Assembly: GCA_035550355.1 (NCBI GenBank)
Contig: DASZPI010000770.1
Coordinates: forward strand, 1-38,488
From: Pirellulales bacterium
GTDB lineage: Bacteria; Planctomycetota; Planctomycetia; Pirellulales; PNKZ01
Direction of reading: 5' to 3'
DNA: 38,488 nucleotides
In this document: piece by piece, positions 9,391 to 19,218 of the stretch
Layout: each line of letters starts with the position of its first letter
Numbering within the stretch: the stretch's first letter is position 1
Program-made: the position numbers and the translations under genes
Notes under the pieces: generated by a model
Databases searched by the model: none
Told to the model about the DNA's origin: nothing
Seen by the model: the letters and a program-made list of their open reading frames with translations, nothing else

Positions 9391-11178
9391 CTAATATCCC
9401 GCCGCGCAACCGTCCTTGCGCGGATCGCTGGCCCCGTGCAGCATGCCGTGCTCGTGGTCGATCAGAATCGCCTGGTAACCACCGAAGCCGCCCCGACCGC
9501 GGACCACGTGATGACCCTTGCGACGCAGCTCGTCGATCACGGCATCGCGAATGCCCGACTCGACGGCTACGGTGCCGCCACTGGGGTCGCCGGGCGCACC
9601 TTCAGGCGTCGGACTGCCCGAGTGCCGTACGCGCGCCGTGTCGCCTGCCTGCTGTACGTTCATGCCGAAGTCGATCAGGTCGACGACGATTTGCACGTGC
9701 CCCTGGGCCTGCATGTCGCCCCCCATCACGCCGAAGCACAACCAGGGGCGATTCGCCTTGGTCACCAACGCCGGAATGATCGTGTGGAACGGCCGCTTGT
9801 GCGGCTCGAGCCGATTCGGGTGCTGGTCGTCGAGCGCAAACAGGCAGCCACGGTTTTGCAGCGCGAACCCAACGTCGCCCGGCACCGCCTGCGAGCCGAA
9901 ACCGTAATAGTTGCTCTGGATGAACGAGCAGCAGTTGCGATGCTGATCGACCACGGTGAGGTAGATCGTGTCGCCCTGCTCAAGCCGCGGCGAGCCATGC
10001 GACACCTTGGTTGCCGCGAGCGAACGATCGATGAGCTTGCGGCGCTGGTCGGCGTACGCCTTCGAAATGAGTTCTTCGGTCGGCAGCGGGCCGAACGCCG
10101 GGTCGGCATAGAAGCGCGCCCGATCGGCAAACGCCAGCTTCTTGGCTTCGATGAACAGGTGCAGATACTCGGCACTGCCCGGGCCCATGGACCGCAGATC
10201 GTAGGGCTCGAGCAAGTTGAGCATCTGCAATGCGGCAATGCCCTGACCGTTGGGCGGCAGTTCCCAAACGTCGTAGCCGCGGTAGCTCGTCGTCACCGGC
10301 TCGACCCATTCGTTGACGTGCTCGGCAAAGTCGCGGAGCGAAAAGTAGCCGCCGTTCGATTCGCTGAACCGCACGATCGTCTCGGCGATCGCGCCGCGGT
10401 AGAAGGCGTTGCGACCCTGCTCGGCAAGGCGACGGTAACTTGCCGCCAGCGCCGGATTGCGGAACCGCTCGCCGGTGCGCGGAGCGCGCCCCTGGGGCAG
10501 AAACGTACGCGCCGCGTCGGGCCACTGCTGCAATGCGGCCGTCGAGCCGTGCCAATCGCCGGCGATGATCTCGGTCACGGCGAACCCTTGCTCGGCGTAA
10601 TCGATCGCCGGCGCGAGCAGTTCGCCCAGGGAATGCGTGCCGAACCGCTTCAGCAAGTCATCCCAGCCGGCCACGCAACCAGGCACCGACCACGACAGCG
10701 GGCCGTCGTCGGGAATGGCGGTCATGCCACGCTGGCGGAACACGTCGCGCGAAAGTGCGTACGGGCTGCGGCCGCTGGCGTTGAGTCCATACGGCTTGCC
10801 GGTCTTGGCGTCCCAGTAGAGCACGAACAGGTCGCCGCCGATGCCGCAGCTCATCGGCTCGACGACGCCGAGCACGGCACTGGCGACGATCGCCGCCTCG
10901 GCTGCGTTGCATCCCCGGCGCAAGGCGTCGAGCGCGGCGAAGGTTGCCAGCGGCTGGCTGGTGGCGACCATGCCATGTTCGGCAATGACCATCGATCGGC
11001 TTTGATGCGGCGGACCGGCAGGACGATCGTATCCGCCGCCTTCGACAGGTTCAGCCATCGCGACGTTTGATCCAAGCAGCAGCAAAAGAGCCGGAAATCG
11101 ATGCGAAAGAACGAAAAGGTTCCACCGGACGGGAAGCGCATCGCACGCCGTTGCATGATCTCGAAGCTTCACGTTCAT
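9391..11178 (-). CDS. ggt: Gamma-glutamyltransferase (Ntn hydrolase), secreted
   Basis: GMVATSQPLAT...VEPMSCGIGGDLF. Autoprocessing/nucleophile site QGDTIYLTVVD. C-terminal GVMGGDMQAQG. N-terminal signal-like ALLLLLGSNVAMA. Confidence 0.9.
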   Translation of the reverse strand: MNVKLRDHATACDALPVRWNLFVLSHRFPALLLLLGSNVAMAEPVEGGGYDRPAGPPHQSRSMVIAEHGMVATSQPLATFAALDALRRGCNAAEAAIVASAVLGVVEPMSCGIGGDLFVLYWDAKTGKPYGLNASGRSPYALSRDVFRQRGMTAIPDDGPLSWSVPGCVAGWDDLLKRFGTHSLGELLAPAIDYAEQGFAVTEIIAGDWHGSTAALQQWPDAARTFLPQGRAPRTGERFRNPALAASYRRLAEQGRNAFYRGAIAETIVRFSESNGGYFSLRDFAEHVNEWVEPVTTSYRGYDVWELPPNGQGIAALQMLNLLEPYDLRSMGPGSAEYLHLFIEAKKLAFADRARFYADPAFGPLPTEELISKAYADQRRKLIDRSLAATKVSHGSPRLEQGDTIYLTVVDQHRNCCSFIQSNYYGFGSQAVPGDVGFALQNRGCLFALDDQHPNRLEPHKRPFHTIIPALVTKANRPWLCFGVMGGDMQAQGHVQIVVDLIDFGMNVQQAGDTARVRHSGSPTPEGAPGDPSGGTVAVESGIRDAVIDELRRKGHHVVRGRGGFGGYQAILIDHEHGMLHGASDPRKDGCAAGY

Positions 11179-11314
11179 TCGCGCCCATTTCCGGCCTGTT
11201 CGGGAGATGTGGTTCCGGTCAATTTACGCTGCGGCTGGCGATTTCGCGACTCGCCAGTGGCCGCGAAAAGCGATATGTTTCCCAATAGAGTCATCGCAAT
11301 CGGGAGACGTGCGC

Positions 11315-13612
11315 ATGTCGGTGCAGACGCGTATCTGGTGTTCCTTGTCGCTGGTTTTGTTATCGATGGCATCGGGTTGCTCGGGCTCGAGTAATCCCCC
11401 GCCGAGCGCCGAATCGACCACCAGCGGCGCCACGCTCGCCAATCCCGGCGGCGGAACGATCGGTGGCACGACGCTCAACACCACGGTGACCGGGTCAGCC
11501 GTTCCAGGGACGATTGACCTGTCGGGCGGATCGACCACTACGCCCCCGGCCGAGGCCAAAATGCCCCCCAAGCCGAAGAAGCCCGCTGCGACGCCGAAAG
11601 TCACGATCGTGCAAGCGCAAATGCCCGAAGGAAAGACCGAGCCGGATTACATCAAGGGAGTGCCGTGCATCGCACGCGAGGTGTTCTTCGGCAACCCAGA
11701 CATGTCGGCCGCCCGACTAAGTCACGATGGCCAGCGGTTGGCGTATCTTGCGCCCGATGAAGGGGTGATGAACGTCTGGGTCGGCCCCGTCGACAATCCC
11801 GACGCTGCCGAGCCGGTCACGCAAGATCGCAAGCGCGGGATCCGCACCTACTTCTGGGCCTACACGAACAAGCACATCATCTATCTGCAAGACAGCGACG
11901 GCGATGAAAACTGGCACGTGTACGCGGTCGATCTCGACAGCGGAAAGACCAAAGACCTGACGCCGCTAAAGAACGTCGCCGCGCAGATCGAGTCGGTTAG
12001 CTACAAACATCTCGATGAAATTGTGGTCGGCCTCAACAATCGCGATCCCGAGGTCCACGACCTGTATCGCATCGTGCTTCGCACCGGCGAACGGACGCTG
12101 CTAGAGCGCAACGAGAGCGGGTTCGACGGCTACGTGGTTGACGACGACTACCGCGTGCGGTTCGCCAGCCGCTTCATGCCCGAGGGAGGCCGCGAACTAC
12201 TAAAGCCCGATGAACTGGGCGGCTGGAAGCAGTTCATGCGCATTCCGCCGGCCGACGATCTGACGACCGGCATTGCCGGGTTCGACAAGAGCGGCCAGGT
12301 GGCATACCTAATCGACAGCCGCGATCGCGACACCGGCGCGTTGTACAGCCTCGACCTGCGGAACGGCGAAAAAAAGCTGATTGCCGCCGACGACAAGGCC
12401 GACGTGGGTGGCATCCTTTCGCACCCCACCGAGCACACGATCGAGGCGGTGTCGTTCACGCACGAGCGCGAACGCTGGGACGTGCTCGATGAAACCATGA
12501 AGGAAGATTTTAAGTACCTGGCAGGCGTCGAGCAGGGCGACATTCAGATCCCCAGCCGCTCGCTGGACGACAGCCAATGGATCGTGGCGTACCTGAAGGA
12601 CGACGGCCCGGTGAAGTACTATCACTACCGTCGTCAGCCGCGCACGGCGAAATTCTTGTTCACCAATCGCAAGGCGCTCGAAGGACTGCCGCTGGTGCAC
12701 ATGCATCCGGTGGTGATCAAAGCCCGCGACGGCTTGGAACTGGTTTGTTACCTGAGCCTGCCCAAGGGAACCGATCCCGACAACAAGGCCCGTCCCAGCC
12801 AACCGCTGCCGTTGGTGCTCAACGTGCACGGCGGTCCGTGGGCGCGCGACGACTGGGGTTACGACCCCGAGCATCAATTGCTGGCTAACCGCGGCTATGC
12901 CGTGCTGAGCGTCAACTTCCGCGGCTCGACCGGCTTCGGCAAGGCCTTCGTCAACGCCGGCAACAAGCAGTGGTACGGCACGATGCACGACGACCTGATC
13001 GACGCCGTCGAGTGGTGCGTGAAAGAGAAGATCGCCGACCCGGCACGCGTGGCGATCATGGGCGGCAGCTACGGCGGGTACGCAACGCTTGTGGGAATGA
13101 CTAAGACGCCCGAGGTCTTCGCCTGCGGGATCGACATTGTCGGCCCGTCGAACATTCTCACGCTGATGGCGACGATCCCGCCTTATTGGAAGCCGGCAAT
13201 CCAAATGTTCAAAGATCGCGTCGGCGATTACGAAACGGAAGAGGGTCGCAAGTTCCTCGAAGAGCGCTCGCCGTTAACGCACGTCGAGAACATCAAAAAG
13301 CCGCTGCTGATCGGCCAGGGAGCGAACGACCCGCGTGTGAAGCAGTCCGAGGCGGACCAGATTGTGGAAGCGATGCAGTCGAAAAAGATTCCGGTCACCT
13401 ACGTGCTGTATCCCGACGAGGGACACGGCTTCGCACGTCCGCAGAACCGGCTCAGCTTCAACGCCGTCAGCGAAGCCTTCCTGGCCGAGCAGCTTGGCGG
13501 GCGGTTCCAACCGATCGGCGACGATTTCGCCGGCTCGTCGATTACGGTCCCCGTGGGGGCGGAATTCGTGCCGGGGCTCGAAGCCGAGATCGAACAAGCG
13601 CCAAAGAAATAG
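11315..13612 (+). CDS. S9 family serine peptidase (prolyl oligopeptidase / dipeptidyl aminopeptidase type), lipoprotein
   Basis: Catalytic Ser motif GGSYGGY, Asp in GQGANDPRV, His in DEGHGF. Start set at ATG 11315 (GGGAGA at 11302-11307), giving the lipoprotein signal MSVQTRIWCSLSLVLLSMASGC. Beta-propeller region upstream of the hydrolase domain. Confidence 0.85.
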   Translation: MSVQTRIWCSLSLVLLSMASGCSGSSNPPPSAESTTSGATLANPGGGTIGGTTLNTTVTGSAVPGTIDLSGGSTTTPPAEAKMPPKPKKPAATPKVTIVQAQMPEGKTEPDYIKGVPCIAREVFFGNPDMSAARLSHDGQRLAYLAPDEGVMNVWVGPVDNPDAAEPVTQDRKRGIRTYFWAYTNKHIIYLQDSDGDENWHVYAVDLDSGKTKDLTPLKNVAAQIESVSYKHLDEIVVGLNNRDPEVHDLYRIVLRTGERTLLERNESGFDGYVVDDDYRVRFASRFMPEGGRELLKPDELGGWKQFMRIPPADDLTTGIAGFDKSGQVAYLIDSRDRDTGALYSLDLRNGEKKLIAADDKADVGGILSHPTEHTIEAVSFTHERERWDVLDETMKEDFKYLAGVEQGDIQIPSRSLDDSQWIVAYLKDDGPVKYYHYRRQPRTAKFLFTNRKALEGLPLVHMHPVVIKARDGLELVCYLSLPKGTDPDNKARPSQPLPLVLNVHGGPWARDDWGYDPEHQLLANRGYAVLSVNFRGSTGFGKAFVNAGNKQWYGTMHDDLIDAVEWCVKEKIADPARVAIMGGSYGGYATLVGMTKTPEVFACGIDIVGPSNILTLMATIPPYWKPAIQMFKDRVGDYETEEGRKFLEERSPLTHVENIKKPLLIGQGANDPRVKQSEADQIVEAMQSKKIPVTYVLYPDEGHGFARPQNRLSFNAVSEAFLAEQLGGRFQPIGDDFAGSSITVPVGAEFVPGLEAEIEQAPKK

Positions 13613-13647
13613 CCAGCGCAACGCGGCGATCAATTTCGCGGCTCGTG

Positions 13648-14196
13648 TTAAGAGCGAGCTGCCCATTGCGCTAACCACGCGCCCACGCCCAGCGGGTCGG
13701 TCGCATCCCAGGCAAGCAATTGGCGCACGACCTCGAGCGCCAACTTCGTCTCGCCGAGTTCGTGCAGGCACCAGGCCAATCCTTTGCCCGATTCGTGTGC
13801 CGTGTGGTTATCCGCGACCAAGTACGGCAACGACGCGGCATGCGCCTGCACGGCGAGCACCTTTCGCACGCGATCGTAGACATAACCGAAGTGCCCGCGC
13901 GCCAGCTTCCAATCGCCCGCTTCGAGCGCGATCTCGCCAAGCTTTTGGTGCGCTGCCAAAAATTCAGGACAGTCTTGCAACAGGAACCGCAGCTCGTCGC
14001 GGGCCACGTCGGGTTCGCCGGCGGCGAGCATCGCGTCGACTTCCTCCATGTCGTCGGTCCGCTGCGCAGCACAACGCGGATGAGTCAGTCGCCAGCCTCC
14101 ACCGGGCTCGCGCACTGCGCCCAAGGCATCGCTGGGGCGCGGCAACGTGCCGGAGGACTGCTTCTTTCGCCGCGGATCACGATGCTGGGCAGCCAA
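13648..14196 (-). CDS. Hypothetical TPR-like helical protein, coupled to the upstream MBL gene
   Basis: Helical repeat-like sequence (FLAAHQKLGEIALEAGDWKLARGHFGYVYD, LAWCLHELGETKLALEVVRQLL). TTG start at 14196 lies 2 nt after the MBL stop (TAA 14201-14199). ATG 14049 is an alternative start. Confidence 0.5.
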   Translation of the reverse strand: MAAQHRDPRRKKQSSGTLPRPSDALGAVREPGGGWRLTHPRCAAQRTDDMEEVDAMLAAGEPDVARDELRFLLQDCPEFLAAHQKLGEIALEAGDWKLARGHFGYVYDRVRKVLAVQAHAASLPYLVADNHTAHESGKGLAWCLHELGETKLALEVVRQLLAWDATDPLGVGAWLAQWAARS

Positions 14197-14198
14197 GG

Positions 14199-14939
14199 TT
14201 AGAACTCGTAGACGTCGAGGTCGCGGCCGAGATGCGTTTGCGGAAAAATACGCTGCGCGGTGCCCAGCCCCACGGGATCGTCAACATTCGGCAGCGGCCA
14301 GAGATGCACCAGCAGCAGCCGACCCACGTTGGCCGCTCGCGCCACCTCGGCCACGGGCGTGACGTGGCTGTGACCCGTGGTCTCGGCAAACTCGCTTTGC
14401 TCGTCGGGGAAATAGCACTCGTGCAGCAGCAGATCGACTCCGCGAATGTAATCGATGTACGGCGCGTCGGGGCGCGCGATCGTGTCGGTCACGTAGGCCA
14501 GCGAATGTCCCGGCCAATCGAGCCGGAAGCCAAGCGAGCCGCCGGGATGCTCGAGCGGAAATGCCGTCAGTGTCCCGCCGCCTAACAGTGGCGCGCGATC
14601 GCCGAGCGGCCGATACTCGCATGGCAGCGCGACGGGGAACAGATCGGGCGCGAGCAGGTGCTGCTGAATGGCGTCGAGCTTTGAGGCCTCGCCATGGACC
14701 GTGACGCGCTGCATGGGTCGCTCAACCAGCACATCGAGCAGAAAGGTGAGCCCCATCGTGTGGTCGAGATGGGCGTGCGTGATGAAAATGTCGAGTTCGT
14801 CGGTCGCCAAATGGTCGCGGACTCGGAACATGCCGGTGCCGGCATCGAGCACCACGCCCGCTTCGGGAATCATGAAGCAGGCGGTCTGCCGCTGTTCGCT
14901 GGGATGGTAGCCGGTGGTACCAAGCAGCACGACCTTCAT
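14199..14939 (-). CDS. MBL-fold metallo-hydrolase (RNase Z / PhnP-like subfamily)
   Basis: MKVVLLGTTG start, HxHxDH motif ITHAHLDHTMG, later LEHPGGSLGF and TGHSHVTP. Start set at ATG 14939; the track ORF extends 5 codons further. Confidence 0.8.
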   Translation of the reverse strand: MKVVLLGTTGYHPSEQRQTACFMIPEAGVVLDAGTGMFRVRDHLATDELDIFITHAHLDHTMGLTFLLDVLVERPMQRVTVHGEASKLDAIQQHLLAPDLFPVALPCEYRPLGDRAPLLGGGTLTAFPLEHPGGSLGFRLDWPGHSLAYVTDTIARPDAPYIDYIRGVDLLLHECYFPDEQSEFAETTGHSHVTPVAEVARAANVGRLLLVHLWPLPNVDDPVGLGTAQRIFPQTHLGRDLDVYEF

Positions 14940-15066
14940 CAGACACCTGGACAAAAACGCGACGTGGAATCGACGCTTTCGTTGTACCAGATCGGAGTGG
15001 TTCCAGGCGACATGCTGCGCAGACCGAGATCGCCTCGCCCACCGCCGGTCGCCGGCCGCCGCCGAC

Positions 15067-16773
15067 TTACTTCAGCGGCCCGAGCAACTGGTCGATTCCG
15101 CGATTCATGCCTTCCTGCAAACCCTGCTGCACGGCATTCACGGCAGCGTTCTCGACCGTGCCTTGCACGAATTGGGCCAGCAAGCGGTTCAATTCGTTCT
15201 GGTCGATCACCGGGTTCGACAACGTGCCGCCGATCGGCACGCTGATCGTTTGCGACGCGAGCGATCCGGCTAAAGGGATGTTGCCGAGCAGCTTGGCCGG
15301 CAGCGGCATTTCGACCAGCAGCGCCAGCGATTGATCGAGGCCTACCGAACCCTGGGTGCGCACCGTCGCTCCCGGAAAGGCAAGTTCCAGCCCTTGGTGG
15401 TAAATGCGCCGTTCGACCATGCGGAAATCGACCGTGCTTTCGCGCTGCAGACTTATCGTTCCGGGACGGTCCAAGAGCATGGCGATTTGAGCCAGCACCG
15501 GACCAGGAACGAGGTCGATCGAGTGTACCTTTAACTGCCCGGTGATATCGGCTGCGCCCGTGTCGTTGATGGGGACATTGCAGGCCGACACATCCATCGA
15601 CACGCGCCCCTCGACCTGCACGGCGCCAGCCAGCAGCGGCGCGATGTACGCAAGCCCGCGGCTGCACATTTCCGGCGTCACGGCGATCTGGTCGAGCACC
15701 GTGCCCGGCGCAAGCTGGATCGTTGCCGGACCAGGCGCCAGTTGCACGATCGGCGCGGCGCGCAATCGGCCACCTTCAAACGGCAGATCGAGTGGTGCAA
15801 TGCGGGCGATTCCGTTCTTCAGCTCCCCCTGCAATCGACCCGGACCGAACGAGTAACCATACGCCGCCAGCCCTTCCCAGCCCATGTCGGCTTGGGCTGC
15901 GAACTGCTCGAGCGCCCGCGAATGCACATCGGCATCGGCCGTGGTCGCGTCGTCGAACGCCGCCAGCGCACCGGTAATCGAGATCATCCCGGTCTGGCGT
16001 CCCGACACGCGAATGCGATCGCCAAGCAGGCTTTGTACCAGCCCTTCGAGTCGATCAAGGTCGTAGGTCGTTTTGCATTGGGCCTTGAGCATCCGCGTGC
16101 CGCCAAGGTCGTCGATCGTGCCCGCGCCTTCGGCCGCGAAGTTGTCGGACTGCACGGCAAACTGCTCGAACGCAAGCCGATTCGCGGCGAGACCGACCTT
16201 TGCCGAAATCGGATCGAAGCGCCACTCGGCGGACGTGCGGCGATCGACAACGATCACCGAGCCTTCTACAAATTCAAGTTCGAACGTTGGCAACTCGATC
16301 GGGCCGGCGGCGTGGTGTTGGAAGTACGCGCCGAACACCTCCTGAAAATTTGTTTGTCCGTTTTCAAGTTCGACGATCGCCACAGGCTCTTCGATGCGCA
16401 CGGCGCCAAACGAGCCGCGCGACTTGAGCATGCCCAGCAGCGTAACGTCGCTCTTGAGATGCGCGACGGTCAGCACCGGCTTGCCTGCGCTGTCGAGCAC
16501 TTGCAGGTTCGCGATTTCGAGCGGAGCCAGCCAGCCGAAATCGATCTGGTCGATCTTCACCGAGCCGTGCACTTCGGCCGTGGCCATGGCCAGCAGCTTC
16601 TCGCCGAGCGGGGTTCGCAAAACGATCGTCGGCGCCGCCGCGGCCAGCGCGATCAGCAGCACGAGCATGACGAACATGCCGCGCACGAACGGCAGACCGC
16701 CGCGCGGCGATACTTTCTTGACGGGAGGCGCGACCTCGGCTTCGGCCGATTCCTTGGATTTGACGGTAGCCAT
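15067..16773 (-). CDS. AsmA/TamB-like envelope protein with single N-terminal membrane anchor
   Basis: N-terminal anchor FVMLVLLIALAAAAP followed by a long beta-rich region (VHGSVKIDQIDFGWLAPLEIANLQV...), typical of AsmA-like proteins. The family call is by resemblance only. ATG 16773 is preferred over TTG 16803. Confidence 0.5.
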   Translation of the reverse strand: MATVKSKESAEAEVAPPVKKVSPRGGLPFVRGMFVMLVLLIALAAAAPTIVLRTPLGEKLLAMATAEVHGSVKIDQIDFGWLAPLEIANLQVLDSAGKPVLTVAHLKSDVTLLGMLKSRGSFGAVRIEEPVAIVELENGQTNFQEVFGAYFQHHAAGPIELPTFELEFVEGSVIVVDRRTSAEWRFDPISAKVGLAANRLAFEQFAVQSDNFAAEGAGTIDDLGGTRMLKAQCKTTYDLDRLEGLVQSLLGDRIRVSGRQTGMISITGALAAFDDATTADADVHSRALEQFAAQADMGWEGLAAYGYSFGPGRLQGELKNGIARIAPLDLPFEGGRLRAAPIVQLAPGPATIQLAPGTVLDQIAVTPEMCSRGLAYIAPLLAGAVQVEGRVSMDVSACNVPINDTGAADITGQLKVHSIDLVPGPVLAQIAMLLDRPGTISLQRESTVDFRMVERRIYHQGLELAFPGATVRTQGSVGLDQSLALLVEMPLPAKLLGNIPLAGSLASQTISVPIGGTLSNPVIDQNELNRLLAQFVQGTVENAAVNAVQQGLQEGMNRGIDQLLGPLK

Positions 16774-16932
16774 GGTCGCGAAGAACTCCCGGGAAATAGG
16801 CAAATTCCGCGGGATTCTAGCGGGGGGGCGACATTCGAGCCTAGAGCAATCGGTGGCCGATCAAGGCAATTCGGCCGTCGCGTCGACGCCGTGCGGCCGA
16901 GCATGAACGCGCCACGCTCGCTGTTCGGCGCG

Positions 16933-18042
16933 CTACTCTAGCTCTTCCAACCAGAGACGAATCTCGTTTTCGTACTCGCTGGCCAGGTCGCCCTTGACGA
17001 GCTGGCGGTGGAAGCTAGCGGCCCCCTCCTTGAGCAGATCGGCCGCCTCGGCGCTGGGAAAGCGGCACATGGGGTCCGGCGCAATCAAGCTGCGCAGCAA
17101 GTTCATCAGCAATTCGCTCTTCACCACCTCTCGCGGCAGTCGCTCGGGCAGCTTTTGCACGAGGAACCGCTTGGCTTCCATCAGGTCGCGATAGGTGTCG
17201 ACCCCGGCGAAGCACGGGCAGCCGGCGAGCATTTCGATCAGCACGTAGCCCAGGCTGCACAGGTCCGACCGGGGACTCGTGCCGCTGCCTTCGAGCACTT
17301 CGGGCGCCGAGTACGCGGGCGTGCAACTGCGACGGGTCGGGGCGTCTTCCAGGTCGAACGCAGAACCAATATCGATGATCTTCGCGTTGCCCGTGCGCTT
17401 GAGCATGATGTTCGACGGCTTCAAGTCGCCGTGAACGATTCCCTCGCGGTGCAGCGCCGCCAGCGCCGCCAGGCATTCCCGCAGCACGGCGATCGCAATG
17501 CCCGGTTTGAGCCGCGGCTGCACTGGGCCGGCCGTCACGATCACGTTATTGATGTACTCCCAGCGCCGGTTCGAGACGCGGTTCTTCACCTGTTCGTACA
17601 TCTGATGCGTAAGCAACCGGCTCAGATCGTAGCCATCGACCCACTCCATCTCCATGATGCGGATGCGGCTGCGCTCGACGAAGTTATGCACATCCAGCAG
17701 GTTGTCTTGCTGGATTTGGGCAACGCGGGCCGCGACGTGGGCGATTCGCGCCATCGCCTCGTCGTACGCCCGCGCGTCTTCGTAGGGGTCGGGCGAGAAG
17801 ATCTTCACCGCGACCGGCAGGGTGAAACGGTCGGTCCCGCGGCGTTCGGTCAGGTACACCACTCCTTGACCGCCAGAACCCAGCAGCCGCGAAAACTTCA
17901 GGTGCTCGGTCCAGTTTAGCCGCTGCTGCTCGATCGCCTCGCGGTAGCGGGCCATCAACACCTGCGGCGACTTCGGATGCCGATTCCCATCGAAATTCAG
18001 CGTTGCCGAGCCAGTCAGGAAGGTGGTGTTCGACATTTCCAT
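16933..18042 (-). CDS. Hanks-type Ser/Thr protein kinase, kinase domain only
   Basis: LLGSGGQGVVY (Gly loop), VAVK (catalytic Lys), HGDLKPSNIML (catalytic loop), DIGSA (DFG-equivalent), APE. No transmembrane or sensor domain follows. Confidence 0.9.
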   Translation of the reverse strand: MEMSNTTFLTGSATLNFDGNRHPKSPQVLMARYREAIEQQRLNWTEHLKFSRLLGSGGQGVVYLTERRGTDRFTLPVAVKIFSPDPYEDARAYDEAMARIAHVAARVAQIQQDNLLDVHNFVERSRIRIMEMEWVDGYDLSRLLTHQMYEQVKNRVSNRRWEYINNVIVTAGPVQPRLKPGIAIAVLRECLAALAALHREGIVHGDLKPSNIMLKRTGNAKIIDIGSAFDLEDAPTRRSCTPAYSAPEVLEGSGTSPRSDLCSLGYVLIEMLAGCPCFAGVDTYRDLMEAKRFLVQKLPERLPREVVKSELLMNLLRSLIAPDPMCRFPSAEAADLLKEGAASFHRQLVKGDLASEYENEIRLWLEELE

Positions 18043-18235
18043 TCCAAGGGGCCTCAGACCGCGTGACCACAGCGCCTACACGCGTGCCCCATCATCTTAC
18101 GATCGTCGAAGTTTCGGCGTCCAGTCCGACTAATGGGCCATTCGTATCGTTTTGCATTTTTCTAAGTCCCTACACGACCAGCTACTTGCGTTGCAAACGG
18201 GAGAGACATTTGCCTGCAAATCAAGTTCGCAAATA

Positions 18236-19210
18236 TTAATCGCCGATCGTCGGACGAGGAAACCCAAGTCGTTTGTCAGCAATGTAGTTCCGCAACGGCT
18301 GCCCGGCCAAATAGCGTCGCAGGTTCTCGCAGAAGAAATCGGTCATATCGTCGATCCGTCGAGCGCTTTGGCCGCCCACGTGGGGCGTGATGATCACATT
18401 TGGCTGGCTCCACAGCGGGCTTTCGGCCGGCAACGGCTCTTCGGCAGTAACGTCGACCGCCGCCCCGGCAATTTGTCCGGACTCGAGCGCTGCAACCAGC
18501 GCCCGTTCATCGACAAGTTTTCCACGCGCCATGTTTACCAGAAACGCCCCTCGTTTCATCCGCTGTAAAAACGCGCCGTCGATCATGCCGCGCGTTTGCT
18601 CGGTCAATGGCGCCGCCAGCACCACGTAGTCGATCTCCGGCAACAGTTCGCCCAGAGCCTGTGGGGGCGCGAGCACATCGACATACTCGGGCTTCGCGAT
18701 CGGAAAGTAGTCGGTGGCGACAATCCGCATCTTGAATGCCTGAAACACTTCGGCCAGACGACGACCGTTGCCGCCGAAGCCGACAATGCCGACCGTGTTG
18801 TGGTGCAGATCGCGCGTCGGTCGGCGAATGAATTCGCGTTTCTGCTGCGCGCGGAAGAACACGGGCAAGCTTCGCGCCAGCGCCCCCATCAGCGCGATCG
18901 TGTGATCGGCCACCTGGTTGGCGAGCACGCCGCTGGCGCTGGTCACGGTGATGTCGCTGGCCACCACGCTTGGCGCCAGGCAATGATCCATCCCGGCTGC
19001 CGATGACTGTATCCACTGCAATCGCCCGCGGCGCACCACGGCATCCCAGTCGATCGGCCGCCCCTTGGCGTGGCCGCAGTAAATATCGGCCTCGAGGATC
19101 GCCTCGGGGATTGCGTCCTGCCCGGCATCGACGATCTCGGCGCCGGGAGCAACGCGCGCAATCTGCGCGAGATGCTTCGACTCAACGGGATAACAAAGAA
19201 CAATGCGCAT
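18236..19210 (-). CDS. D-isomer-specific 2-hydroxyacid dehydrogenase family, NAD-binding
   Basis: MRIVLCYP start, Rossmann motif GIVGFGGNGRRL, MARGKLVD, catalytic-His region ITPHVGG. The track ORF (to 19954) runs into purF out of frame and is an artefact. ATG 19210 lies 8 nt after the purF stop. Confidence 0.85.
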   Translation of the reverse strand: MRIVLCYPVESKHLAQIARVAPGAEIVDAGQDAIPEAILEADIYCGHAKGRPIDWDAVVRRGRLQWIQSSAAGMDHCLAPSVVASDITVTSASGVLANQVADHTIALMGALARSLPVFFRAQQKREFIRRPTRDLHHNTVGIVGFGGNGRRLAEVFQAFKMRIVATDYFPIAKPEYVDVLAPPQALGELLPEIDYVVLAAPLTEQTRGMIDGAFLQRMKRGAFLVNMARGKLVDERALVAALESGQIAGAAVDVTAEEPLPAESPLWSQPNVIITPHVGGQSARRIDDMTDFFCENLRRYLAGQPLRNYIADKRLGFPRPTIGD

Positions 19211-19218
19211 CGTCAGCG

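Noticed and set aside
9130-11070. 646-aa ORF on the plus strand
   Set aside because: It is entirely antisense to the well-supported ggt gene and Arg/Ala/Gly-rich with no motifs. This is the typical shadow ORF of a GC-rich genome. The same reasoning applies to 8322-9338, 6137-7381, 6399-7394, 12308-13204, 15742-16941, 17008-17919, 23211-23978, 23944-25368, 27804-28430, 28716-29387, 30286-30828, 30918-31568 and 33344-34045.
16822-16828. G7 homopolymer in the spacer between the kinase and the AsmA-like gene, as a possible phase-variation tract
   Set aside because: It is a short tract in a GC-rich genome, lies outside coding sequence, and is not positioned between recognisable -35/-10 elements. 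There is no evidence of variability from a single sequence.
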